A DNA stretch of 60,661 nucleotides, counting the filler, from Sphacelaria rigidula (lineage: Eukaryota): the NCBI GenBank assembly GCA_964200075.2. It is 8 parts of 8 records of this genome, joined end to end, with 100 filler letters (N's around TTAATTAATTAA, not from the genome) between each part and the next. Parts side by side here need not be neighbours in the genome. Positions count along the whole stretch, not along the records: positions 1 to 7,496 come from CAXNAA020014655.1; positions 7,597 to 15,091 come from CAXNAA020014656.1; 6 more parts are not named here. One strand, 5' to 3'. The notes under the pieces are model-generated. The model did no database searches and was not told the origin of the DNA. It saw nothing but the letters and a program-made list of their open reading frames with translations. Shown here one piece after another: positions 1 to 9,721 of the stretch (position 1 is its first letter; every line of letters starts with the position of its first letter). The translations under genes and the position numbers were made by a program.

Positions 1-319
1 TTGAGAAACCAAGAAATTACGGATTCTGCATACTTCTGACGCTGACTACTGTAATACATTTCTAAAAAAAGCTGTGTTCTGTAGGGTACGGGTATGTTTG
101 GTAGAGTATGACATTTCTCACAAAACTCAAAGAAGTATCGAGTACCGGTATGGGGTCGTTCAGAACTTCAAGAACTATCGGGTATGGGTGTATGAAAGTC
201 TTGAAAAGCTTACAGAACCCGTCGGGTACGGTATGGAGGTAGCACAGAAATCCTTACCCGCAATCGGGTATTCCTGCAAGGATATACCCGCACCCGGGGT
301 AGAGGTGTACACTTTGTAC

Positions 320-625
320 AAATGGGGAAAAATGTACGCTTGATTCACGTCGTATGAATGGAAGGCGGAAAGCATGTTTGTGAGATTCATGCTGCATGAA
401 TTGCAGTTGAGAAACATGTATGCTTGATTCACCTCATATGGACGAAATGTAGGGAACATGTATCTATGATTCATGCTGCATGATGGGAGGGGAAAAACAT
501 ATATCTCTGATTCATGTACGAATGAGAGGTGGGGAATGTGCTTATCGTTGATGTTGCATGATGGGAGGGGAAACACATACCTACGATTTATATCACAAGA
601 ATGACAGGTAGGAAGCGTGTACCTT
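320..625. repeat. Degenerate ~40-bp tandem repeat
   Basis: About 7 diverged units resembling ACATGTATCTATGATTCATGCTGCATGATGGGAGGGGAA; explains the repetitive ORF 175..684(-). Confidence 0.7.
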
Positions 626-1141
626 CGACGGTGTACTGCATAAATCAGGAACTGGGAATGTTTAGACTCCGAGTAGTGTCGCAAGAATCACGAACCTAAA
701 ACATGTACGAATCACAACTTGTACGCGCATCGTATGATTGTTTCGTGAAAATATTGAATATGAGTCGCATCACGATTTATTCGTCCGAACCGCGTTTCTT
801 TTCATGAGTGATTTACTCCGTCATACCAGCGTATGCTCTATAAATCCATCATAAGTGCCAAGTTGACTTGATTGCTGTTCGTATGAAAGTCACACGACAG
901 GACGTTTTTTACCGTTCCCCGGAAAACAAGACGTGGCGGAGTATAAGGACCCGATTGAACAAGATGCTGTACACAGCCGTAAATCACCCCTGATGTGGTC
1001 ACCTCTCTTCAAATGACGTCTGCAACTCTTGTCTCAGCATATCTGACGCCTTGAAGGATGACCATCTCCAACCACAGCCGCGGGTTGTGAATGATAATTC
1101 GGTTAATGCTTCCATAATATTGAAAAGGAACAACACCACGG

Positions 1142-1200
1142 TCCTACGACTCAACCGTCAGAGAGTTTCGAGGTTACTAACTGAGCCACGGGGGCGACCG
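1142..1200 (-). mobile_element. Truncated tRNA-like SINE head
   Basis: Reverse complement reads CGGTCGCCCCCGTGGCTCAGTTAGTAACCTCGAAACTCTCTGACGGTTGAGTCGTAGGAC, matching the 5' end of the SINE at 1458. Confidence 0.75.
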
Positions 1201-1455
1201 TGTTTACCCAAATATGGGTAGAGTATTGAGGTTATACCCAAGTGATACCCGTACTCCATACACAGGTATTGCTGATAGTGCTTACCCAATACTTGAGTAG
1301 AGTCTTGTGATCATACCCAACCTACCTTAAACTTGGGTACGAGTAGTTGAGGTCGTACCCAATCTACCCAAAATTTGATTACGAGTATTTGAGGCCGTAC
1401 CCAATTTTCCCAAACCTCAGGCAGAGCAAACACCCGGTATTATACCGGAGTATTC
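1201..1455. repeat. Degenerate TACCCAA...GAGTA-TTGAGG sub-repeat array (probable transposon subterminal region)
   Basis: Recurring ~40-bp units such as GTACCCAATCTACCCAAAATTTGATTACGAGTATTTGAGG; a similarly GGGTAT/TACCC-rich array lies at 80-300. Confidence 0.5.
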
Positions 1456-1457
1456 AA

Positions 1458-1828
1458 GGCCGGTCGCCCCGGTGGCTCAGTTGGTAACCTCGAAACCCTC
1501 TGACGGTCGGATCGTGGGTTCGAATGTCGGTGTAGTCACACGACCTGGAATTTTCCCTCACAACGTGCTCAATAGTGGAGAGCGACAATGTGTCATGGGG
1601 ATACAAAAGTTCGATTTCATGGTCGATGAGGGAAAGGGACTGCTGAACCCCTCTTGCGGTAAAAAACAAGGCAAGCACCGTAGAAGGAAGGAGTACCAAA
1701 ACAAAAGAAAAAAGAAAAAATTCTGCGTTGGTCTTCCTCCTGTGTGACCCTGGCTGATGCGCCCACATATACCCGAAGGTGTAGACCGGCGTCCAGAATA
1801 GATGGGACGACAACACACACAAACACAC
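1458..1828 (+). mobile_element. tRNA-derived SINE, full-length copy
   Basis: Pol III A box (TGGCTCAGTTGG) and B-box-like GGTTCGAATGT in the head, ~300-nt body and (AC)n tail; flanked by ATTCAA (1452-1457 and 1829-1834) as probable TSD; homologous copy at 29288-29678. Confidence 0.85.
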
Positions 1829-2031
1829 ATTCAAAAATACGTACCCTACCCGATCTGTCCTCGCTCGTTATCAAACAAATAGCTGTACATGCTTCTGACC
1901 GAGTAGTTGATACGTAATTGTACAGAATTCTGATCAAACAACTCCATGTCTTGTAAGGAATAGCAGGGATGATATTGGAAAGACAAGCCTACGTCTGTGA
2001 CTAGGGGTTCGAGAGATTAGACTCATGTGCG

Positions 2032-2032
<1 letters not shown>

Positions 2033-2119
<87 letters not shown>
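2033..2119. repeat. (AAT)n microsatellite
   Basis: About 29 perfect AAT units followed by degenerate TAG units. Confidence 0.97.
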
Positions 2120-2120
<1 letters not shown>

Positions 2121-2161
2121 GTAGTATAGTAGTAGTAATAGTATTAATAGTGGTAATAGTA

Positions 2162-2340
2162 ACTAGTGGTAAGCCACGGCTGACGCACGTGGCAGCAGTG
2201 CTCCAGGTATCAACGACACAAGTCTCGAACGCGTGCGAGGTTGAGAATAAAAAGAGGAATATAAAAAAATGACCCTGACATTCCCCATCATTAAATACTT
2301 ATCAGAAGAAGCAAATAAGGGATTCTAACCCACGGCTATA
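2162..2340 (+). repeat. Dispersed repeat, second copy at 6080-6249
   Basis: Both copies share ACTAGTGGT(A/G)AGCCACGGCTGACGCACGTGGCAGCA and AAGCAAAT..GGATT....CCCACGGCTA. Confidence 0.7.
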
Positions 2341-2607
2341 GCCGTAGCCACTACGAAAGAAATAAGCTTGACTGCGTTGGCGCCAACACGACAGCGCTAC
2401 GTTCATTGAGAACCTATCCCAAAGAAGCAAGGACCAAACCGAGTAGAATAGCGCCCCGTCTCTCACCCCCCACCGGAGGTACAGTAGTATCTCGTCAAGG
2501 CATGCCTTTGACCATTTATGTTGTGGTGATAACCCATCAGATTTGTTTTGTTCCCACCGCACGTTTGCTAAGACACGCCGATAGATGTGAATCACTTTTG
2601 AAAATTG

Positions 2608-2964
2608 CACACACGGCCATTTGGCTACTTCCCAAAATGCCTCCGGGGGGATGCGCGGCCCTCCAGAGGCGAAACAAACCTCCGAAGGCTTTAATCCCTT
2701 TGGAGGAACCCAAACACTGTACCACCCTGGAGGGCCGCGCACCCCCCCGGAGTAACTTTGGTGTAGCAAAATGCCGTCCGAGGGATGCGCGGCCCTCCAG
2801 ACGAAAAAACATGCCTCCGGAGGCGTTCAATCCCTCTGGAGAAATCCAAAACATACTCCGCTAAAGGGCTGCGCGCCCCTCTGGAGGCGTTCAATTCCTC
2901 TGGAGGCTCGAACAGTTGACCGCCCTGGAGGAATTACGGGGGTAGCCAAATGGCCGCGCGTGTG
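2608..2964. mobile_element. MITE with CAC...GTG termini and 4-bp TSD (CMC/Chapaev-like)
   Basis: TIRs CACACACGGCCATTTGGCTAC and GTAGCCAAATGGCCGCGCGTGTG; ATTG on both flanks (2604-2607, 2965-2968); internal CCTCCGGAGG-type repeats; partial inverted copy at 6265-6502. Confidence 0.7.
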
Positions 2965-3919
2965 ATTGCCCCGACAACGATCAGTTTGCAGTCTGATCGA
3001 GGAGCATTTTTGTCCAGAATGGGGTTGCACACTAATTTATCACGGCAGACCCTTGCTGATACTCTCAGAATAACTCATTGACCTAGTACACGAAAAATCA
3101 TATTATCCCGCACACTTATGTACCTTTCCCCCCTCCTAAACCCCCGGAGGGCCGAAAAAAACGGTATACGTTTCCCTTCTACTGCACGTTAGCCCTCAAA
3201 CACGTACCAAGTACTCACGACTCGTACTTTTCGGGAACACCTGCGTGCTGCTGTGGGTTGGCTGGCTTGGCTTCATCTGACGGTGGTCTTGGTTGGAGAC
3301 GATCTCCGACCAAGACCACCCCCTGCGGAAACAGCCATAACTCGCATCTAATAAGCTGCTTGTGTAAATCGGTAATGACGGAAGGAACTCATGATGAGCA
3401 TCCTCGCCGCCAGTTCCAGCATAAGTGTAGTCCCAGTTTGATCGACAGTACAGGTATAAACTGGTCCTTTTATTATATATATTTTCTTCACTCTAGTTTT
3501 TTTATAGTCATTTCTGTTTTTGTTGCATTCATATTATTGAATTTCATTTACCTGTATTCTTGTTTCATCTTTATTTTTACACTTACAGTTTTGAATCTCC
3601 GTGTCAGGGGGGGATGTGGATCGTATGCTACCACACACACACATAAAAGGGAGGTACTCCACCCCTCCGACGCTCCTTATTTTTATGTAGAGCTTACTAT
3701 GTGATCGTTTTATGGGAGATTGTATGGCGTTTGGGGCGGAGAGGAGGGGGGGGGGGGGTTGCTGGTCTTGTACCCCACCCCTCCTGGTGGGTCCAAAAAA
3801 GAGAAGGGTACTTGGGTGTGCGGGAAATATTTTTTCGTGCACCCCTGCATCCATCATGATCATTTACTTATTACATTTCAATCAAGTAGAATCAATCCCA
3901 GTTGGGTACGACCCTTGTC

Positions 3920-4135
3920 ATCGAAGGGGGTTATTTCCTTTTCGAAGTTCTCCTTTTGAGAAGCGACTCCCCCCCCCCGCCCCCGAGAAAAGTCACTGCA
4001 TCGTGCCCAGAAAATCCCCTCTCTAGAGGAGACTTCAGGAACTGCAACTAAAGCACTTCCTGGAATCCCCTTTTAAAAAAGAGTTTCCGGAAACCTTGAA
4101 GGGGAACACCCATGTCCGGTTGACAGGGGCGCATG
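3920..4135 (+). repeat. Dispersed repeat shared with 37690-37876
   Basis: GAATCCCCTTTTAAAAAAGAGTTTCCGGAAACCTTGAAGGGGAACA versus GAAATCCCCTTTTCAAAAGGGGATTTCCGGACACCTCGAAAGGGAACA. Confidence 0.65.
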
Positions 4136-4517
4136 CAAAGACTTACCACACAACCCAACGCCATCAGAGCTGTACCTGTGGAACGGTACGATTTAGTTCG
4201 TTGTTTTTCCATATAGTATAATGTGCTGACGGTAACGCTTGCCACCCTCACTGGGTTGAGAACCACACACGCTGCGGTCGCCACAATTATATCGCGAAGA
4301 ATGTTCAACAGTATATGTCACGGGCTGGGTACTGAAGCGCCAACGTTGTCTCTTGATGATTTTGTCACAAAGCTAGCCAGCTATTTTGAGGATACAACAA
4401 GATGAATTCATACACTGAACAAAAGTGAATCCGAGTCAAACCTCGTGATACCCCAAAGGGTCTCGGAACCTCGCAGCGACAACAGAAGCAGCAACAAACA
4501 AAAGCACTGAAACAACG

Positions 4518-5873
4518 AGATGTCCACCCAGGTGCACAATCTGAACGCTCGGATAGTACACGTGCGACTGGGCTGAGCCGCATCACCACCCCGACCGTGG
4601 TGAGTTGGATCACACTTTTAATCCGAGCCAGCACAATCAACGCAGAATAGAGTCCATAGTACAACAGTGACATGATGTCGCACTCTCTCTCATCTCTCAC
4701 TACCCATCGCGTGGTCGAGTCTGTGTGGCTTCCCACTGCCAGCTCGAACAAAAAAAGATGCCCTGTGTTGATTATTTCAAAGCTCAAAATTTCATGCTCG
4801 CTTACTTCCCATCCATGTATGTATGGTGCACACCGACGAAGTATAAAGGGGAAAGAGCTGCCGCCACGTGTACCCAGAGAGGCACAGAAAACCCAAAGTA
4901 GAGAGAGTGGCGTGTACCGGAACAGACAAAATCATGGCGACTATATAATGTGTCTATGTTTGTTAGTGGAGTTGAGTCTATCGGTACCGCTATCTATGTC
5001 CCCCGTACCGTCTTCACAGCATCCGCCTGCTGTTTGAAAAAACATGGAGGATGCATCACCCCAACGGCGGGTCCTTTCTTTCGCCGGCATAATTCGCACT
5101 TCAAAAATGCCTACCCTGGCGGTCGAGGGGTTAAAATTCAAAGCTGACCGCAGAAAGGGGTCACGCTGCCCGGAGGGTTGGTGGGATGTGATCTTTCAGT
5201 GATACTCCTAGACGAAGGGGGGAACGCAGCGGGAGAAGGGAGAAGGATAGGAAGACACTGCACTGTGCTCTCTGTACAGCATTGTACAATTCTCTGTCTT
5301 AGTTTGGCTTTCATGTACTTACATTGACAATGTACCCTCCTGTCTGTAAGTCATAACTCATGTTGCTGTAGAGACAGGGGTACGGTGCACATAGATGGCG
5401 GTACCGATAGACTCAACTCAATTAACAAACAGAAGCACATAGTATAATTGTCATGATGTTGTCTGTTCCAGTACACGCCACTCTTTTCACCTCGGGGTTT
5501 TTGGTGCCTCTCTGCATCCACGGAGCGGCAGCTCTTTCCCCTTCATACTCGGTAGGTGTGTACCATACATACATGGATGGGAAGTAAGCGAGCATGGAAT
5601 TTTAGCTTTGAAATAATCGACACAGGGCTCATTTTGACGTTCGAGCTGGCAGTGGGAAGTTACGCAGACTCGACCACGTTACAGGTGGTGAGAGATGAGA
5701 GAGTGCGACATCATGTTATTGTTGTACTCCTGACTGTATTCTGCGTTGGTTGTGCTGGCTCCGATTGATGGTGTGATCCAAGTCGCCTCGGTCGGGGTGG
5801 TCATGCGGCACAGGCAAGCCGCACGTGTTTTGCCACTATCCGAGGGTGCAGTTGGTGCACCCGTGTGCACATC
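4518..5873. repeat. ~500-bp inverted repeat pair (foldback-like)
   Basis: 4518-5021 is the diverged reverse complement of 5363-5873 (e.g. CATGCTCGCTTACTTCCCATCCATGTATGTATGGT versus ACCATACATACATGGATGGGAAGTAAGCGAGCATG); a more diverged partial copy lies at 6725-6952. Confidence 0.85.
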
Positions 5874-6952
5874 TACTTTTTTTGGCCGCCGCAAGCCACA
5901 AGAGAGAAATAATTCCGTAGTGTATGGTCGAGGCGCAGCCCAATTCGATAGTGAAAGCGTGAATAAAATATTGTTCCGATAATGATCATCTGTGACTTGG
6001 CTACAGTATAGGAAATCCGGACAGCCGGCACTTAATTGCAGTGTGCGAGCGGGGCGACATTACGTCATTAATAAATAGGACTAGTGGTGAGCCACGGCTG
6101 ACGCACGTGGCAGCACCGCCGCAGGTACCAACGCCGCGGTTCTCGCACGCGTGGTGGTTCTAAACAAAATTGCGGAAAGCAAAAATGACGGTAACCATAA
6201 GTAACAAGTACAAAGTATAAGCAAATGAGGATTTCCAGCCCCACGGCTAACATGGTGAGCGTTACACACGCGGGCATTTGGCTACCCTTCATAATTCCTC
6301 CAGGGCGGTCAACTTTTCGAGCCTCCGAAGGAAGTGAAAACCTCCGGAGGGGTGCGCGGCTCTCCAGAGGAGTATTCTTTCGTTTCCTCCAGAGGGATTG
6401 AACGCCTCCGGAGGCTTGTTCTTGCCTCGGAAGCGCCGCGCATTCCTCCGGAGACATTTTGCAAGCAACAAATTCCTCCGGAGGAGTGCGCGGCCCTCCG
6501 GGGCGGTAGTGTTTTCGCCGCTAGCGGTGGTTCGTCTATGTATTTGTACGTGTGAGCTGTGGCATTGGTGGTGTGCGTGCCGTGGCGTGCGCTATTTGCC
6601 AGCTCTGTTGTGTGCGGATGCATTCAGATATGGATTTTGAAAAAGGGAAGAATGCCGTTCAATGGGAAGGGGCCTCATCTGTCACTACCCGTCGCATGGC
6701 CTTTTTTCTTTCGTCTGCGCGTCTTCCAACTGCCAGCTCGGAAATAAACAAGTGACATGTATTGATTGTTTCAAATTTCAAAGTTTCTCGCTCACTTGTT
6801 CCCTCTCATGGTCAGTGCACGCCGACGAATCATGAACGGAAAAGAGCTGCCGCGCTTTGTGTGTTGTACCAAGCGGCAAAGAGAACCCCAGGTACAGAGC
6901 GTGACGTGTACCGCAGTTGCAACATCATGACTGCATTATGCTCTTCTGTTTG

Positions 6953-7160
6953 TTAACCCTTTGACAGCGACGGTAGGTCACCCGCTGAATCGGCATCAAT
7001 TTTACTTCAAAATATGTGTGATCCAGATGGACTACCCGCATCACGATCTCAGGCTTAACCCTTAGACAGCGAGAGTAGGTCATCTGCTGAATCGACATCA
7101 ATTTCAATTGAAAAAAGTATGCATGGTCCAGATAGACTACCCTTGCGGTCTACGAGTTAA
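6953..7160. mobile_element. Two tandem 98-bp piggyBac-like MITEs (TTAA-MITE-TTAA-MITE-TTAA)
   Basis: TTAA at 6953, 7055 and 7157; family TIR consensus CCCTTAGACCGCGAGGGTAG...CTACCCTCGCGGTCTAAGGG; CCCT ends plus TTAA target are piggyBac hallmarks. Confidence 0.8.
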
Positions 7161-7496
7161 ACGTGTTGCGTCCATCGTTACATGATCGCCATGGCGTCTC
7201 TTCAGCAAAATGGGCGATGTCGTACAGGCAGGACGATAAACACGTGCGTGACAATGTAGATAGACGGAAGCCTAACTAAATTACACAGGGCAGCACAAAG
7301 CTGTACAATACAGTGCATGCAGTGTCTTCTTCTCCCCCCCCCCTCCCGCGCCTGGCCTGGTCCGGCGAAAACCCGGCGTGCTCCATCCCGGCTTTGTAGG
7401 GATGCGAGGTCAATGGTCTCATGACAATGGCATGCATGATCATACATCCCCCCCCCCCCCCCCCCCCCCCCCGCCGCACCCCCCCAGCCCCCCCCC

Positions 7497-7596
7497 NNNN
7501 NNNNNNNNNNNNNNNNNNNNNNNNNNNNNNNNNNNNNNNNTTAATTAATTAANNNNNNNNNNNNNNNNNNNNNNNNNNNNNNNNNNNNNNNNNNNN
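7497..7596. other. Artificial contig linker (N44-TTAATTAATTAA-N44), first of seven
   Basis: Identical 100-nt spacer with stops in all frames at 7497-7596, 15092-15191, 22687-22786, 30282-30381, 37877-37976, 45472-45571 and 53067-53166; period exactly 7595 nt. Confidence 0.98.
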
Positions 7597-8372
7597 AGGG
7601 AAAGCACGGCTTTTGAGTTGAAACTCATTTTTTTTTTTAACCCCATATACGAAAATCGGCTGTTACTCGGCAGTGGAGCGACTCTTCAATTTGGGAACCT
7701 TCCCTTCCCGTCCCCTGTTCAGACGCCTCATTATTTCAAGCGCTGACAAAGAAGAAGAGATGGAAAAAATATATATCGACAACAACCATTTTCACGGCGG
7801 AAGGTCACAGAAGGATACACCCACATACGTCATGCTCGCACCACAAATGTCGCCCCGGTGCGGTCGGGTTGGTTTCATCGAATGAGGGGACGCAACGGGT
7901 CAAGCATGTTCATCTTTGTGCACACAGCAAAAACAGCACCGCGGCTTCTGAAGTTCACACAACAAAAACTGGCACCCCCTGAATATTTTCTCTCCATTCA
8001 TCCCAGTGTAGCACTGCGGCACACATTTTGATATAGGTGACGCACCCCACCAAAGTATTGTTGTGCTGCAGTCCGGAGGTCTTGCCCGCCCAACACTTGG
8101 CAAGCGTGCTAAGCCACATCGCAGAAACAAAGTGGTATGGCCGAGAACACAAGAATCCCTTCACCACCGTGAAAAGCGTGATACAGTATTTACGCGATTC
8201 ACCGACAGTTTGAAGCGGTCGAGGGTCTGAAAACACGCCTCGGGCAAAATAGTGGTCCTTGGGAGCTACAAAAAATCAACCATATGCTGTTCAAGAGACA
8301 GCAACTCGAAATCAGCACTTCTCCACTGCGGTGCGAAAAGGGTTAGAGATTTTGAGATAACGCTGTAAGCTG

Positions 8373-8900
8373 TATGGCGACCAATCCTGATGCGTACAAA
8401 TATGAGAATTTCAGCCCCCGTTGACAGGCATTTTTCTCCCGCGGATCGATTTTTCGGACCCACGTCGGTTGAGCAACGCTACTCGGCTAGCTCTGTGGAA
8501 ACCAGGCCAATCCTGCGATTCTCTAGACCGTTGACTTTTGCTCTATCACCTTTCTGCTCAGATCGGGAGACTCCCGCATCTCCCCCAACCGATTGGGAGA
8601 GATGCGGGAGTCTCCCGATCTGAGCAGAAAGGTGATGAACCAAAAGTCAACGTCAGAGAATCGGAGAATGGGTCTGGTTTCGGGGGTTTGGGGGAAATGC
8701 AGGAGTATCCCGATCTGAGCAGAATAAAGGTGATGAAACCAAAAGTCAACGTCCACATAATCGGAGAATAGGTCTGGTTTCCTCAGAGCTAGCCGAAAAG
8801 CATCGCTCAACGAACTGGCGTTCGAAAAATCAATCCATTGGAGAAAATTGCAAATGGGCTGAAATGCTCATATTTGTACAAATATGGGTTGGTCGCCATA
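8373..8900. mobile_element. Palindromic foldback element/MITE
   Basis: Ends TATGGCGACCAA and TTGGTCGCCATA; arms complementary along their length; perfect 38-bp central stem 8545-8582/8599-8636; ~100-bp duplication in the right arm. Confidence 0.8.
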
Positions 8901-9471
8901 AAATATGGTCTAATCCTGACCCTAATCTAACCCTACCCCAACTATGGCACACGAGAACCCTCGGACACGGGGGGCTGCGAAGTATTCCCTAGGAAAAGTG
9001 TGGCGTTGGTAGAGCTCAGATACCTCAAACCGTCACTTCGCGGCGCTGACTTGGACCAAGGACGCGTTTGACGTACTGTACGCAAGGAGAAACTTGCGAC
9101 TGAGAGCACCACTCAAGATCCGAATTTCGATGTTCAAACTCACATCAAGTGAAATCATTCTTTCAGGAGTCATCCTTCCGAGTGGTGATATATATGCTGC
9201 TTTTGGTCTGTGCAAGCAAAATGATAGTCCGGCCTAGAGTCAAAATTGGAGTACGGATGTCTCTCCGGGATAGGACAGCCCGGTCCAGATTCTGTTTTCG
9301 GGCACGGGTCGGGGCTGAAGAGACAACAAAGTATTTTCGTGGTCTACTTTCAGGCTGCTGGTTGTCATGATCCGAAAAAAGGCATCATTCGGAAAAGCTC
9401 CTTTTTGAATCTCGGCGCGACGTTTGTCGGCCAAGGAGAGGGGCTAATCGGACCTTGCCGCCTCGGAATGA

Positions 9472-9721
9472 TCCAAGGGTCGGACAAATAATGATTCGTC
9501 TGGAAATTACTTGGTTGTAGTATCATGAGTCGACTCGTGACGAATCAACCCCTAGGCTTTATTTCAGCGTTGCAACCCAGGTACACGCGTGGAATGGCGC
9601 ACAAGTTGCGTGGATACCCCTTGGACCAGCGCATCATTTGTTTTCTCCTTTTTGGGCAATCAGGCCGAAGAAGTCGTGAGTTTGGTGATTTTGAGTCGTG
9701 ATGATTTGTCCTAACCGTGGA
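9472..9721. mobile_element. 250-bp MITE, TCCA...TGGA termini, 4-bp TSD ATGA
   Basis: TIRs TCCAAGGGTCGGACAAATAAT and ATGATTTGTCCTAACCGTGGA; ATGA at 9468-9471 and 9722-9725; family copies at 14090-14325 and 21833-22094. Confidence 0.8.

Noticed and set aside
1466-1540. Functional tRNA gene
   Set aside because: The cloverleaf and acceptor stem are poor, and it is attached to a repeated body, tail and TSD, so it is a SINE head.
7541-7552. Regularly spaced TTAATTAATTAA as a CRISPR-like or biological periodic repeat
   Set aside because: It is embedded in N runs with identical layout, so it is a synthetic linker.
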